Source: Pseudonocardiaceae bacterium (lineage in GTDB: Bacteria > Actinomycetota > Actinomycetes > Mycobacteriales > Pseudonocardiaceae). From it: a stretch of 37,417 nt of DNA. Below the pieces are notes generated by a model that made no database searches, was not told the DNA's origin, and saw only the letters and a program-made list of their open reading frames with translations. The stretch is taken from assembly GCA_036270375.1 (NCBI GenBank), contig DATBCR010000714.1:1-37417 (forward strand). Direction: 5' to 3'. This document shows positions 30,440 through 37,417 of this stretch, one piece after another. Positions within the stretch are counted from its first letter, which is position 1; every line of letters starts with the position of its first letter. Made by a program: the position numbers and the translations under genes.

Positions 30440-32112
30440 GGTGTCGCCACCAGCTTGGCGAGACCTCGGGCGCCACGCCGGCCCGCGCCACGGCTGATCC
30501 GCAGCGGATCCCAGTCGCCGGGCCGATCCGGCAGCAGGTCCGGCGAGCCGAGCACGGCACCGGCATGCACCTCGCGCAGCAGATCCGTGCCCAGCACGGC
30601 GGACGCGCAGGCGAGGCCGCTGACGCCGGACCGCACGATACCGGCACCGAACCGGGTGCTCTGCCCGGCGACGTACAGTCCGTCGACGGCGGTCACCACG
30701 TCCGGCAGCTGCGCCATGCCGCTCCACCGCGCCATGCCGTACGGCGTGCCGCCGGAGGACCGGGTGTAGCGCTCGTTCGTCAGCGGCGTCGAGGTTTCGA
30801 CATGCACGATGTGGTCGCGGAACGGCCCGATCACCTCGGCCGCCCGGTCGAGCAGCGCCTCGGTGAGCTGTTGCTTGATCCGCTGGTACTCCGGGTCGCG
30901 GCGGTAGCGGACGCCGGCGACCGGGCCGCCGGTCAGGCCCCACGGCTCGTATCCCGACGGGCACAGCGTCATCACCTGGAAGTTCGTCTGGCCCGGCGGG
31001 CATGCCGGTCCGCCGGGCCTGTCCTTGAGCGACGCGAAGGACAGGAACACGAACTGCGGGTCGGTGATGTTGCCGTCGGCCAGCTTGCGGAACGCCTCGT
31101 CGACGTCCTCGCACGGCCAGTACCAGTAGTTCGCGTCCGGCACGTCGGCCAGTTCCTTGTCCAGCGCCACATACACCGCCGCCAGCGGCAGCCGCATCTC
31201 GGCGTTGGTGGCGCGTCGGACGTCCAGTTCCGGGAACGTGTCGATGCCGCCGGCCAGTTCCAGCACCGTCCTGCGGTAGTCCGCGTTGGAGATCACGATC
31301 GGCGCGCGCAGCTGCGTGCCGTCGGCCAGCCGCACACCGGTCACCCGGCCCTTGGTCGACTCGATCCGCGACACGGTTGCCTTCGTCCACAGCCGCGCGC
31401 CGTGTGCCTCGAGAACTTCGACGAGCGTCGCCGCGACCTGCTGGCCGCCACCTTCCGGGTAGTAGCTGCCGCGCAGGTAGTCGTCAAGCATGGTGGCGTG
31501 CGTCGCCAGCGGTGTCACGGCGGGTGCGGCTCCGTAGTTGCCGCACTGCGCGTTGATGACGGTCCTCGCCCGCGTCGACAGTCCACAGTGGTCATACAGT
31601 TTGTTGACCGGCCGCAGGATCCACCGCAGGACTTCGCCGCCGGGCGGCGCCGACTTCGGCCCGATCAGGTTGTTGCGCGCGGCGGCCGCGGCCGCCGACG
31701 CGATGCGCACGAACGTCGCGATGCCCGCCGCGTCCGCCGGCAGCGCCTCGGTCAGCCGCTGCTGGTAGCGCGACCAGCCGAACGGCACGTCCACCGTGAC
31801 GCTGGGCAGGATGATCCGGTCGAAGCAGTCGGAATCCATGGGGCGGAACGTGATCCGGTCCGCCGCACCGAGACCGGCGAGCAGCGCGGGCAGCAGCCCG
31901 TCCGGTCCGCAGTCGCCGAGGTAGTGCACGCCCACGTCGAACTCGTAGGACCTGCGCCGCCGGAACACATGCGTGTTGCCGCCGGCCACATCGTGTTGTT
32001 CCAGCACCAGGGCCCGTCGCCCGGTGACGGCGAGATACGCGGCGGCGACGAGGCCACCCATGCCGGCGCCGATCACGATGACGTCCCAGTCGCCGTCCAT
32101 GTCATGAGCCAT
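30436..32112 (-). CDS. FAD-dependent oxidoreductase of the phytoene desaturase (CrtI-like) family
   Basis: N-terminal dinucleotide fold WDVIVIGAGMGGLVAAAYLAVTGRRALVLEQHDVAGGN, about 558 aa, and a C-terminal LYVAGQSTRFGAGI motif typical of CrtI-type amine-oxidase-fold enzymes. Confidence 0.8.
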   Translation of the reverse strand: MAHDMDGDWDVIVIGAGMGGLVAAAYLAVTGRRALVLEQHDVAGGNTHVFRRRRSYEFDVGVHYLGDCGPDGLLPALLAGLGAADRITFRPMDSDCFDRIILPSVTVDVPFGWSRYQQRLTEALPADAAGIATFVRIASAAAAAARNNLIGPKSAPPGGEVLRWILRPVNKLYDHCGLSTRARTVINAQCGNYGAAPAVTPLATHATMLDDYLRGSYYPEGGGQQVAATLVEVLEAHGARLWTKATVSRIESTKGRVTGVRLADGTQLRAPIVISNADYRRTVLELAGGIDTFPELDVRRATNAEMRLPLAAVYVALDKELADVPDANYWYWPCEDVDEAFRKLADGNITDPQFVFLSFASLKDRPGGPACPPGQTNFQVMTLCPSGYEPWGLTGGPVAGVRYRRDPEYQRIKQQLTEALLDRAAEVIGPFRDHIVHVETSTPLTNERYTRSSGGTPYGMARWSGMAQLPDVVTAVDGLYVAGQSTRFGAGIVRSGVSGLACASAVLGTDLLREVHAGAVLGSPDLLPDRPGDWDPLRISRGAGRRGARGLAKLVATP

Positions 32113-32127
32113 CTTGGAAACCGCCTC

Positions 32128-32868
32128 TCAGACCGTCAGACCGCCGTGCACCTCGACCACGCTGCCGGTCAGGTACGCTGCGCGGTCGGACACCAGGAAC
32201 GACACCAGCTCGGCCACCTCGTCGGCCCGGCCGAGCCGGCGCAACGGGATGCCGCCCAACAACTTCTCCCGGGCCGTGGCCGGCATGCCCGCGACCATCT
32301 CGGTGTCGATCAGGCCCGGCGCGACCACGTTGGCCCGGACACCGAACGGTCCGGCCTCCTTGGCCAGTGCCCTCGTGAAGCCGATGATGCCGCTCTTGGC
32401 GGCCGAATAGTTGACCTGCATGGCATTGCCGTACACACCAGCCACAGAGGACAGTGTCACGACGACGCCCCGCTTGCGCTTCATCATGTCGAACACCACC
32501 GGCCGGCACACGTGGAAGACGCCGTCCAGGTTGGTGCGCAACACGTCCGTCCAGTCCGCGTCGGACATCCGCGCCAGCATGCCGTCCCGCGTGATGCCCG
32601 CGGACGCCACGACCGCCGTGACGGGGCCGAGTTCTTGTTTCACCTCGGCCGCCCACTCGCGGGCCTGCCCGGCGTCGGCGACGTCGACCCTGGTGGCCAG
32701 CACCCGGCCGCCGTGCTCGGCCGCCTGCTTGGCGACCAGCGTCGCCGCGGATTCGTCGGCGCGGTAACAGAAGCCGACGTCGAAGCCGTCCTTGGCGAGG
32801 CGCAGCACGCAGGCCGCGCCGATGCCCCTCGACCCGCCGCTGACCAACGCGACACCCTGTCCGCCCAT
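32128..32868 (-). CDS. fabG: 3-oxoacyl-ACP reductase (SDR, FabG-like)
   Basis: 246 aa from MGGQGVALVSGGSRGIGAA, with NLDGVF, SSVAG and YSAAK (the Ser-Tyr-Lys triad). Its start overlaps the KSbeta stop (TGATG). Confidence 0.92.
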   Translation of the reverse strand: MGGQGVALVSGGSRGIGAACVLRLAKDGFDVGFCYRADESAATLVAKQAAEHGGRVLATRVDVADAGQAREWAAEVKQELGPVTAVVASAGITRDGMLARMSDADWTDVLRTNLDGVFHVCRPVVFDMMKRKRGVVVTLSSVAGVYGNAMQVNYSAAKSGIIGFTRALAKEAGPFGVRANVVAPGLIDTEMVAGMPATAREKLLGGIPLRRLGRADEVAELVSFLVSDRAAYLTGSVVEVHGGLTV

Positions 32869-34007
32869 CACACACCCACCGGAATCCGCTTGTCCGCCAG
32901 AGCATCCGAGCCGGCATCCGAGCAGACGTGTGGTACGACAAGCACGCAGCTGACCGCGCCGTCGTCGTCGGACGACGCGATGACCGCTGGCGTCTCGGCG
33001 ATCGACGGGTCGGACTCGACCATCGCGAGCAGCGCGACGAGCGCGAACAACCCGGCCGCCGACGCGGTGTCGCCGATCAGTTCGGACAACCGGACCCGGC
33101 CGGTCGCCGGACCGCCGAACACGTCGCGCAGCGCGGTGTCCTGCCCGGCGTCGGCCGAACTGGCCACCGCGGTGTGCACGTCGGCCGGCGCGATGCCCGC
33201 GGTTCGCAACAGTCCGCCGACCGCGCGCAGGGTCGTCGTGCGCACGTCGTCCACCGGGCCGGTACCGGAGCCGAAGCCGAGGACGGTGGCCAACGGCCGG
33301 TCGCCTCGGGCCGTGACGGCGTCCAGGGTTTCCAGCGCCACCATGGCGCAGCCCTCGCCGAGCGGCACGGTCGGCTGCGCACCGCCGCGCGCACACCGTT
33401 CCAGCAGCGACCGGTCCGCGCTGAACTCCTCGACGGCACCGCACAGCACCCGCCGGGCGCGACCGGTGACCAGCAGCCGCCGCGCGTAGTTCAATGCGTG
33501 CGGGCCGGTGTTGCGGCCGGCCGCGATGGTCGCGTTCGGTCCCTTGATCTGGTGCCAGATCGCGACCTGGCCTGCGGCGCAGTTCATCACGCAGTACGGC
33601 ACCAGCGCCGGCTCGATGTGGTCGGGCCGTTCGCCGACCAGCGACGCCCTTGTCAGGCCCATCATGCTGGCGACACTGCCGGTCGTCGTGCCGAGCACGA
33701 CGGCGGTGTGCTCGCCGGTGGTGTCCACGCCGTCCGGGTGTTCGGCGAGGCGCGCCAACAGGTCCGCCGCCGTCACGACGGCCAGCCCGCTCGCCCGGTT
33801 CATCGCGCGAACCTTCTTGTCGCCCAACGCCTTGCGCACGTCGAAGTCGGGCACAAGGCACGCGGACACGTCGTCGACTGCCCACCGCTCCCGACTTGGT
33901 GCCTGTGCGGTGGCGCGGCCGGCCAACAGACCGGCGGCGAACTCGGCCGGTCCGCTGCCGAACGGGGAGATCGCCGACCAGGCGGTAACCGCGAGAGGTT
34001 AGTTCAT
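32868..34007 (-). CDS. KSbeta / chain-length-factor-like ketosynthase partner (no catalytic Cys); in-frame TAA at codon 3
   Basis: The track ORF starts at TTG 33926. KS-homologous sequence (PLAVTAWSAISPFGSGPAEFAAGLLAGR, aligning with KSalpha VVITGCGVVSSIGMGVREFGAALRAGR) continues in frame up to a TAA at 34001..33999. That TAA is preceded by ATG-AAC, and the ATG (34007..34005) overlaps the KSalpha stop. The active-site position reads ATIAAGRNTG (Cys to Ala). Confidence 0.75.
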
Positions 34008-35284
34008 CACAGCGCCCCCGTTCCGATGGCGGCCGTGTGATCGTCATAGCGACCGAGGATCACGACCGAGTTGTTGCCGCCGAACGCCCAGCCGTTGTTC
34101 TGCACGATCCGCAGGTCCGCGTCGACCGACTCGTTCGGCACGCAGTCCACCGCGCACTCCGGGTCGGTTTCGCGGTGGTTGACCGTCGGCGGGATGAACC
34201 CGTCGGTGATGGCCAGCGCGCAACCGATCGCGGCCAGCGCGCTCGCGGCGCCCATGGTGTGGCCAAGCATCGACTTCATGGACACGACGCGGGGCAGCCG
34301 GGCGCCGTACAGCTCCCGGATCGCCCTGGTCTCCGCGAGGTCGTTGGCCTTGGTTCCGGTGCCGTGCGCGGAGATCAGGTCGACCTCCTCCGGCTTCACG
34401 CCTGCGTTCTCCAGCGCGAGGTTCATGCAGCGGGCGATCCCGGGCTGGTGCGGCGCGACCGGGTGGTACGCGTCGCAGGACAGCCCGTAGCCCAACACCT
34501 CCGCGTAGATCCGGGCGCCACGGGCCAGTGCGGACGTCAGGCTCTCCAACATCACCACGCCCGCGCCCTCGCCGGTGAGGATGCCCATCCGGTTGACGTC
34601 GAACGGCCGGCAGCAGTCCGGCGCGATGCTGCGCAGCCGGTAGAAACTGGCGAACGTCTTGCGGCACACCGCGTCCGCGCCACCGCACAGCGCGAAGTCC
34701 GCGTCGCCGAGGCGGATCGCGTCGAACCCGTTGCCGATCGCGTAGTTGCCAGCGGAGCAGGCGGTCGCGATCGTGGTCGGCTCGACGTCCACGAGGCCGA
34801 GCTCGCCCGCGATCGCGGTGGACAGCCGGGCCGGCGACACCCGGCGTGCCGTCGCCTGGTCCATACCAGTGAACCCGCCGGCCAACTCCTGTTCCACCAA
34901 CGTGTCCAGGTCCCGGCTCTCGCCGTCGGTGGTGCCGACGGAGAGCACTCCCCTCCGCTCGCGCAGCCAGCCGCCGTCCAGGCCCGCGTCGGCGACGGCC
35001 AACCGGGCCGCGGCCACCGAGAACCGGCTCGCCCGGCCGATGTCGGCGAGGTCGACGTCGTGGATCCAGTCCTCGGGCCGGAAACCGGCCACCTCGGTCC
35101 CGTTGCTGTGCGCGAAACCGGTGGTGTCGAACGCCCCGATGGGCGTCACGTTGCTCCGGCCGGCCCGCAGCGCGGCACCGAACTCACGCACACCCATGCC
35201 GATGCTGGACACGACACCGCAACCGGTGATGACGACGCGGCCGGTGCCGTCGTGCCGTTCCTGGTCGGTCAGCTGTGCAGCCAT
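34007..35284 (-). CDS. KSalpha, beta-ketoacyl-ACP synthase I/II type
   Basis: 425 aa from MAAQLTDQERHDGTGRVVITGCGVV. Catalytic residues: ATACSAGNYAIG (Cys), ISAHGTGT (His) and SMLGHTMGAAS (His). Confidence 0.93.
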   Translation of the reverse strand: MAAQLTDQERHDGTGRVVITGCGVVSSIGMGVREFGAALRAGRSNVTPIGAFDTTGFAHSNGTEVAGFRPEDWIHDVDLADIGRASRFSVAAARLAVADAGLDGGWLRERRGVLSVGTTDGESRDLDTLVEQELAGGFTGMDQATARRVSPARLSTAIAGELGLVDVEPTTIATACSAGNYAIGNGFDAIRLGDADFALCGGADAVCRKTFASFYRLRSIAPDCCRPFDVNRMGILTGEGAGVVMLESLTSALARGARIYAEVLGYGLSCDAYHPVAPHQPGIARCMNLALENAGVKPEEVDLISAHGTGTKANDLAETRAIRELYGARLPRVVSMKSMLGHTMGAASALAAIGCALAITDGFIPPTVNHRETDPECAVDCVPNESVDADLRIVQNNGWAFGGNNSVVILGRYDDHTAAIGTGAL

Positions 35285-35321
35285 CGCCGATCCCTTCTGC
35301 GCGTACAAGGTTTGTTGTCGG

Positions 35322-35573
35322 TCACCAGCCGGCCAGACCGGCGACGACCCCGTACGCGCTGCGCACGTCGACCATCTCGGCGAAGTTCTCGTCGTCGATC
35401 TCGACGCCGTACTCCTTCTCCAGTGCTGCCAGCACATCCATCAGGGACAGCGAGTCTGCCTCGTGGTCCTCGCGGAAGCTGCTGGTCTCCGTGACGTCGA
35501 CGGCATCCAGTTCCAGGTGCTCGCAGACGATTTCCTTGATGCGGTCCATCCGATCCGACAGCGCGGCGCTCAT
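35322..35573 (-). CDS. Acyl carrier protein (ACP1), first gene of the operon
   Basis: 83 aa with DHEADSLSLMDVLAALE (the DSL Ser motif). GGAGGACAC precedes the ATG. Confidence 0.92.
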   Translation of the reverse strand: MSAALSDRMDRIKEIVCEHLELDAVDVTETSSFREDHEADSLSLMDVLAALEKEYGVEIDDENFAEMVDVRSAYGVVAGLAGW

Positions 35574-35632
35574 CGTGTGTCCTCCATTCGGCGCACCCTT
35601 GGTTGACGAACGCCAAAGCTATGGCGGTGGGT

Positions 35633-35661
35633 TGACACACGGCTGACACGACGCTGACGAA
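35633..35661. promoter_or_regulatory. Three heptamers at exact 11-bp phasing (TGACACA-N4-TGACACG-N4-TGACGAA) between the divergent ACP1 operon and the SARP gene; candidate SARP operator
   Basis: Repeat starts at 35633, 35644 and 35655. A fourth off-phase copy, TGACGAA, sits at 35604. On the minus strand a -10-like TAGCTT (35621..35616) follows 11 nt after the array, about 40 nt upstream of the ACP1 ATG. Confidence 0.45.
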
Positions 35662-35813
35662 AACGGACTATGCGTTTTCCACAGTCGGCCCGGTGCCCTA
35701 CCCACACCGGTACCGAGTGCGTAAGGCACTGTCCATTCCGTGATCTCGTCGTCAGAGTTGGTGCTGACCACAGGCAACGGCTCAGGTCGGTAGGCAGGCG
35801 GGGAGGGAACAGC

Positions 35814-36578
35814 GTGGCGATTCAGGTGAACATCCTGGGGCCGCTCGTACTCGTGTGCGACAGTCAGGAATACGACGTCGGTTCGGCTCGCTTCCGTACG
35901 CTGCTCGGTCTGCTCGCGCTGGCACCCGGCACGCCCATGTCCACCGACCAACTCGTGGACGAACTGTGGCCGGACCGGGAGATCAGCAACGCGCGCAACG
36001 CCCTGCAGGCGAATGTGGTGCGGTTGCGGCGAAAGCTGGAGTCGATCACCGGCCGGCCCGGCGAGACGCTGATCCGCACCACCACCGTCGGGTATCTGCT
36101 CGACCTCCCTGCCGATGCCGTCGACGCCTGCGGTTTCACCAGTACGGCCGACCACGGCGCCGCGCTGCTGGCCAGCGACCCGGAACGGGCCGCCGCGCTG
36201 CTGGAGCGGGCGCTGCTGATGTGGCGGGGACCGGTGCTTTTCGACGTCACCGGTGGCCCGCGCTGCGCCAACGCGGCGATCCGACTCCGGGAACGGTGGC
36301 TGGCCGCCCAGGAGGATCTTGTCGACGCGAAGCTCGCCATCGGTGGCGAGCGCACCGTGATTCCCCAACTACGACAACTGATCGCGGAACACCCGGAGCG
36401 GGAGCGGTTCAGCGAACTGCTGATGATCGCGCTGTACCGGGACGGCCGGCAGGCCGAGGCCGTCGCGACCTTCCACACGGCACGCAAGTGGCTCGACCGG
36501 GAACTCGGCCTGCAGCCGGGCCGCTCCCTCAGCCGGCTCTACGGCTCCATCCTGCGGCAGGAACCGCAACACGCGTAA
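35814..36578 (+). CDS. SARP-family transcriptional activator (OmpR-type winged helix plus BTAD)
   Basis: VAIQVNILGPLVLVCDSQEYDVGSARFRTLLGLLAL...STDQLVDELWPD...ALQANVVRLRRKL, then BTAD (LLERALLMWRGPVLFDV...ELLMIALYRDGRQAEAVATFHTARKWLDRELGLQPG). GTG 35814 has GGGAGGGAAC upstream. No TTA codon is present. Confidence 0.93.
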   Translation: MAIQVNILGPLVLVCDSQEYDVGSARFRTLLGLLALAPGTPMSTDQLVDELWPDREISNARNALQANVVRLRRKLESITGRPGETLIRTTTVGYLLDLPADAVDACGFTSTADHGAALLASDPERAAALLERALLMWRGPVLFDVTGGPRCANAAIRLRERWLAAQEDLVDAKLAIGGERTVIPQLRQLIAEHPERERFSELLMIALYRDGRQAEAVATFHTARKWLDRELGLQPGRSLSRLYGSILRQEPQHA

Positions 36579-36602
36579 CCGCCCTGCCGACGGGCGCGAT
36601 GT

Positions 36603-36657
36603 CAGCACACATCGGGCTTCGGACAGCACATCGGCACTTGCCAGCACTGCACAGCAC
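36603..36657 (+). repeat. Four CAGCAC repeats in the 100-bp leader upstream of the RiPP precursor candidate
   Basis: CAGCAC occurs at 36603, 36624, 36642 and 36652. The first two extend to CAGCACA(CA)TCGG. GCACT recurs at 36634, 36644 and 36654 with 10-bp phasing. Confidence 0.5.
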
Positions 36658-36678
36658 TCGACACAGATTGGTTGCGCC

Positions 36679-36825
36679 ATGCCCACTATCTGCCTAGAAG
36701 AGTCACCGCAGACGAGCGACCTGGTAATCGAGGAGTTCGACGGGTGGTCCAATCCACCCGCGACGGCGCAGATCGCGCTGTGCATCTGCTGGGCCGAGAC
36801 GACCCCGTCGCTCGTCGTCCCGTGA
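36679..36825 (+). CDS. Candidate RiPP precursor peptide (48 aa), absent from the ORF track
   Basis: ATG 36679 to TGA 36825 encodes MPTICLEESPQTSDLVIEEFDGWSNPPATAQIALCICWAETTPSLVVP. About 85% of codons end in G or C. The acidic leader-like half contains DLVIEEF, and the C-terminal half is rich in Cys, Thr and Ser. The stop overlaps the GTG of the downstream TOMM docking gene (GTGA). There is no clear SD. Confidence 0.5.
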   Translation: MPTICLEESPQTSDLVIEEFDGWSNPPATAQIALCICWAETTPSLVVP

Positions 36826-37417
36826 CCGGATCACACCCGGACCGAGCCGCCGACGCGCCGCGCGTCGGCGGTCTTGGCTTCCTGCGGCACCTGCGGGCCG
36901 AGGTGATCGTGGGCGAGGCGGTCTACCTGTTCGGCGAGCGCAGCGTGACGACCTTGTCGGGCAACGACATCCAGGCCCTCGCAGGCCTGCTGGACGGGAC
37001 GCGGGACGTGCCGGCGCTGTGCGCGGCGCTGGCCGACCAGCTGTCCTCGGCACAGGTGACGCGGCTGGTGGACCGGCTCGTCGCGGCCCGACTGGTCGGC
37101 TGGCAGACGCCGGAAACCGAACCGGGCACGGCGGCCTACTGGGACGCCATCGGCACCGAGCCGCCGGCCGCGGCCACCGGACTGGCGCTCGTGACGGTCG
37201 ACGACGTCGACCCGTCGGCGACCATCGCCGCGTTGCGCGCCACCGGATTCCAGGTGCACGAGACACCGGCCGACCGCCTGCCCGGTGAGCACGGCCTGAC
37301 CGTCGTGCTGTGCGAGGACTATCTCGCGCCGGAGCTCGCCGTCGTCGACGCGACGCACCGTTTGGCCGGATTGCCGTGGCTGCTGGCCAAACCGACCGGC
37401 ACCCAGGCATGGCTCGG
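36822..37417 (+). CDS. TOMM precursor leader peptide-binding protein / E1-like (ThiF-type) cyclodehydratase component, N-terminal part; continues past the right edge
   Basis: Not in the track because it is open at the edge. My translation reads VTGSHPDRAADAPRVGGLGFLRHLRAEVIVGEAVYLFGERSVTTLSGNDIQALAGLLDGTRDVPALCAALADQLSSAQVTRLVDRLVAARLVGW...AAYWDAIG...VVLCEDYLAPELAVVDATHRLAGLPWLLAKPTGTQAWLG. This is the typical N-terminal pattern of TOMM docking / Ocin-ThiF-like proteins. Confidence 0.8.
   Translation, partial: MTGSHPDRAADAPRVGGLGFLRHLRAEVIVGEAVYLFGERSVTTLSGNDIQALAGLLDGTRDVPALCAALADQLSSAQVTRLVDRLVAARLVGWQTPETEPGTAAYWDAIGTEPPAAATGLALVTVDDVDPSATIAALRATGFQVHETPADRLPGEHGLTVVLCEDYLAPELAVVDATHRLAGLPWLLAKPTGTQAWL

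Noticed and set aside
28116-34047. Over-long track ORFs 28116..29720 (534 aa), 29513..31390 (625 aa) and 32128..34047 (639 aa)
   Set aside because: Their 5' parts run through the upstream gene in a wrong frame. The real genes start at internal ATGs that overlap or abut the preceding stop (29495, 30439, 32868).
35632-35637. Perfect TTGACA -35 hexamer on the plus strand upstream of the SARP gene
   Set aside because: No acceptable -10 lies 16-18 nt downstream. The hexamer is part of the heptamer repeat and is better explained by that.
36703-37410. Minus-strand ORFs 36703..37410, 36831..37358 and 36369..36785
   Set aside because: They are antisense shadows of the plus-strand TOMM docking gene, the precursor ORF and the SARP gene. 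Their translations are Arg/Pro-rich with no motifs.
1-37417. CRISPR arrays, tRNA/rRNA genes, transposases, integrases or IS inverted repeats
   Set aside because: I saw no spacer-repeat periodicity, no cloverleaf-like or rRNA-like segments, and no transposase or integrase motifs (DDE, Tyr/Ser recombinase) in any frame I read. This absence is by eye only and was not checked with tools.

Overview
High-GC, actinomycete-type DNA. It is almost entirely coding, and nearly all genes are on the minus strand. The core is a hybrid biosynthetic gene cluster with four parts. (1) Two NRPS genes carry four modules: Cstarter-A-T-E-C-A-T, then C-A-T-C-A-T-TE. (2) An SbnA/SbnB-type L-2,3-diaminopropionate (Dap) supply pair is translationally coupled to the first NRPS. 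(3) There is an MbtH-like gene. (4) A tightly coupled 12-gene operon (23949-35573) encodes a type II FAS/PKS-like machinery: two ACPs, KSalpha/KSbeta, a FabG-like KR, two KASIII-like proteins, a CrtI-like FAD desaturase and a split acyl-CoA dehydrogenase pair. The same operon also carries a type III PLP decarboxylase and a pre-ATP-grasp ligase. A SARP regulator, a LuxR-type response regulator, a distant histidine kinase and parts of an ABC-2 exporter flank the core. Three further points stand out. A DddA/SCP1.201-like deaminase toxin with an Imm1-like immunity gene sits between the last biosynthetic gene and the response regulator, next to a decayed duplicate of the acyl-CoA dehydrogenase 3' end. 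The KSbeta gene has an in-frame TAA as its third codon. The right edge starts a separate TOMM/azoline-type RiPP locus with a 48-codon precursor candidate that is missing from the ORF track. All family assignments come from reading motifs in the translations; no database search was possible.
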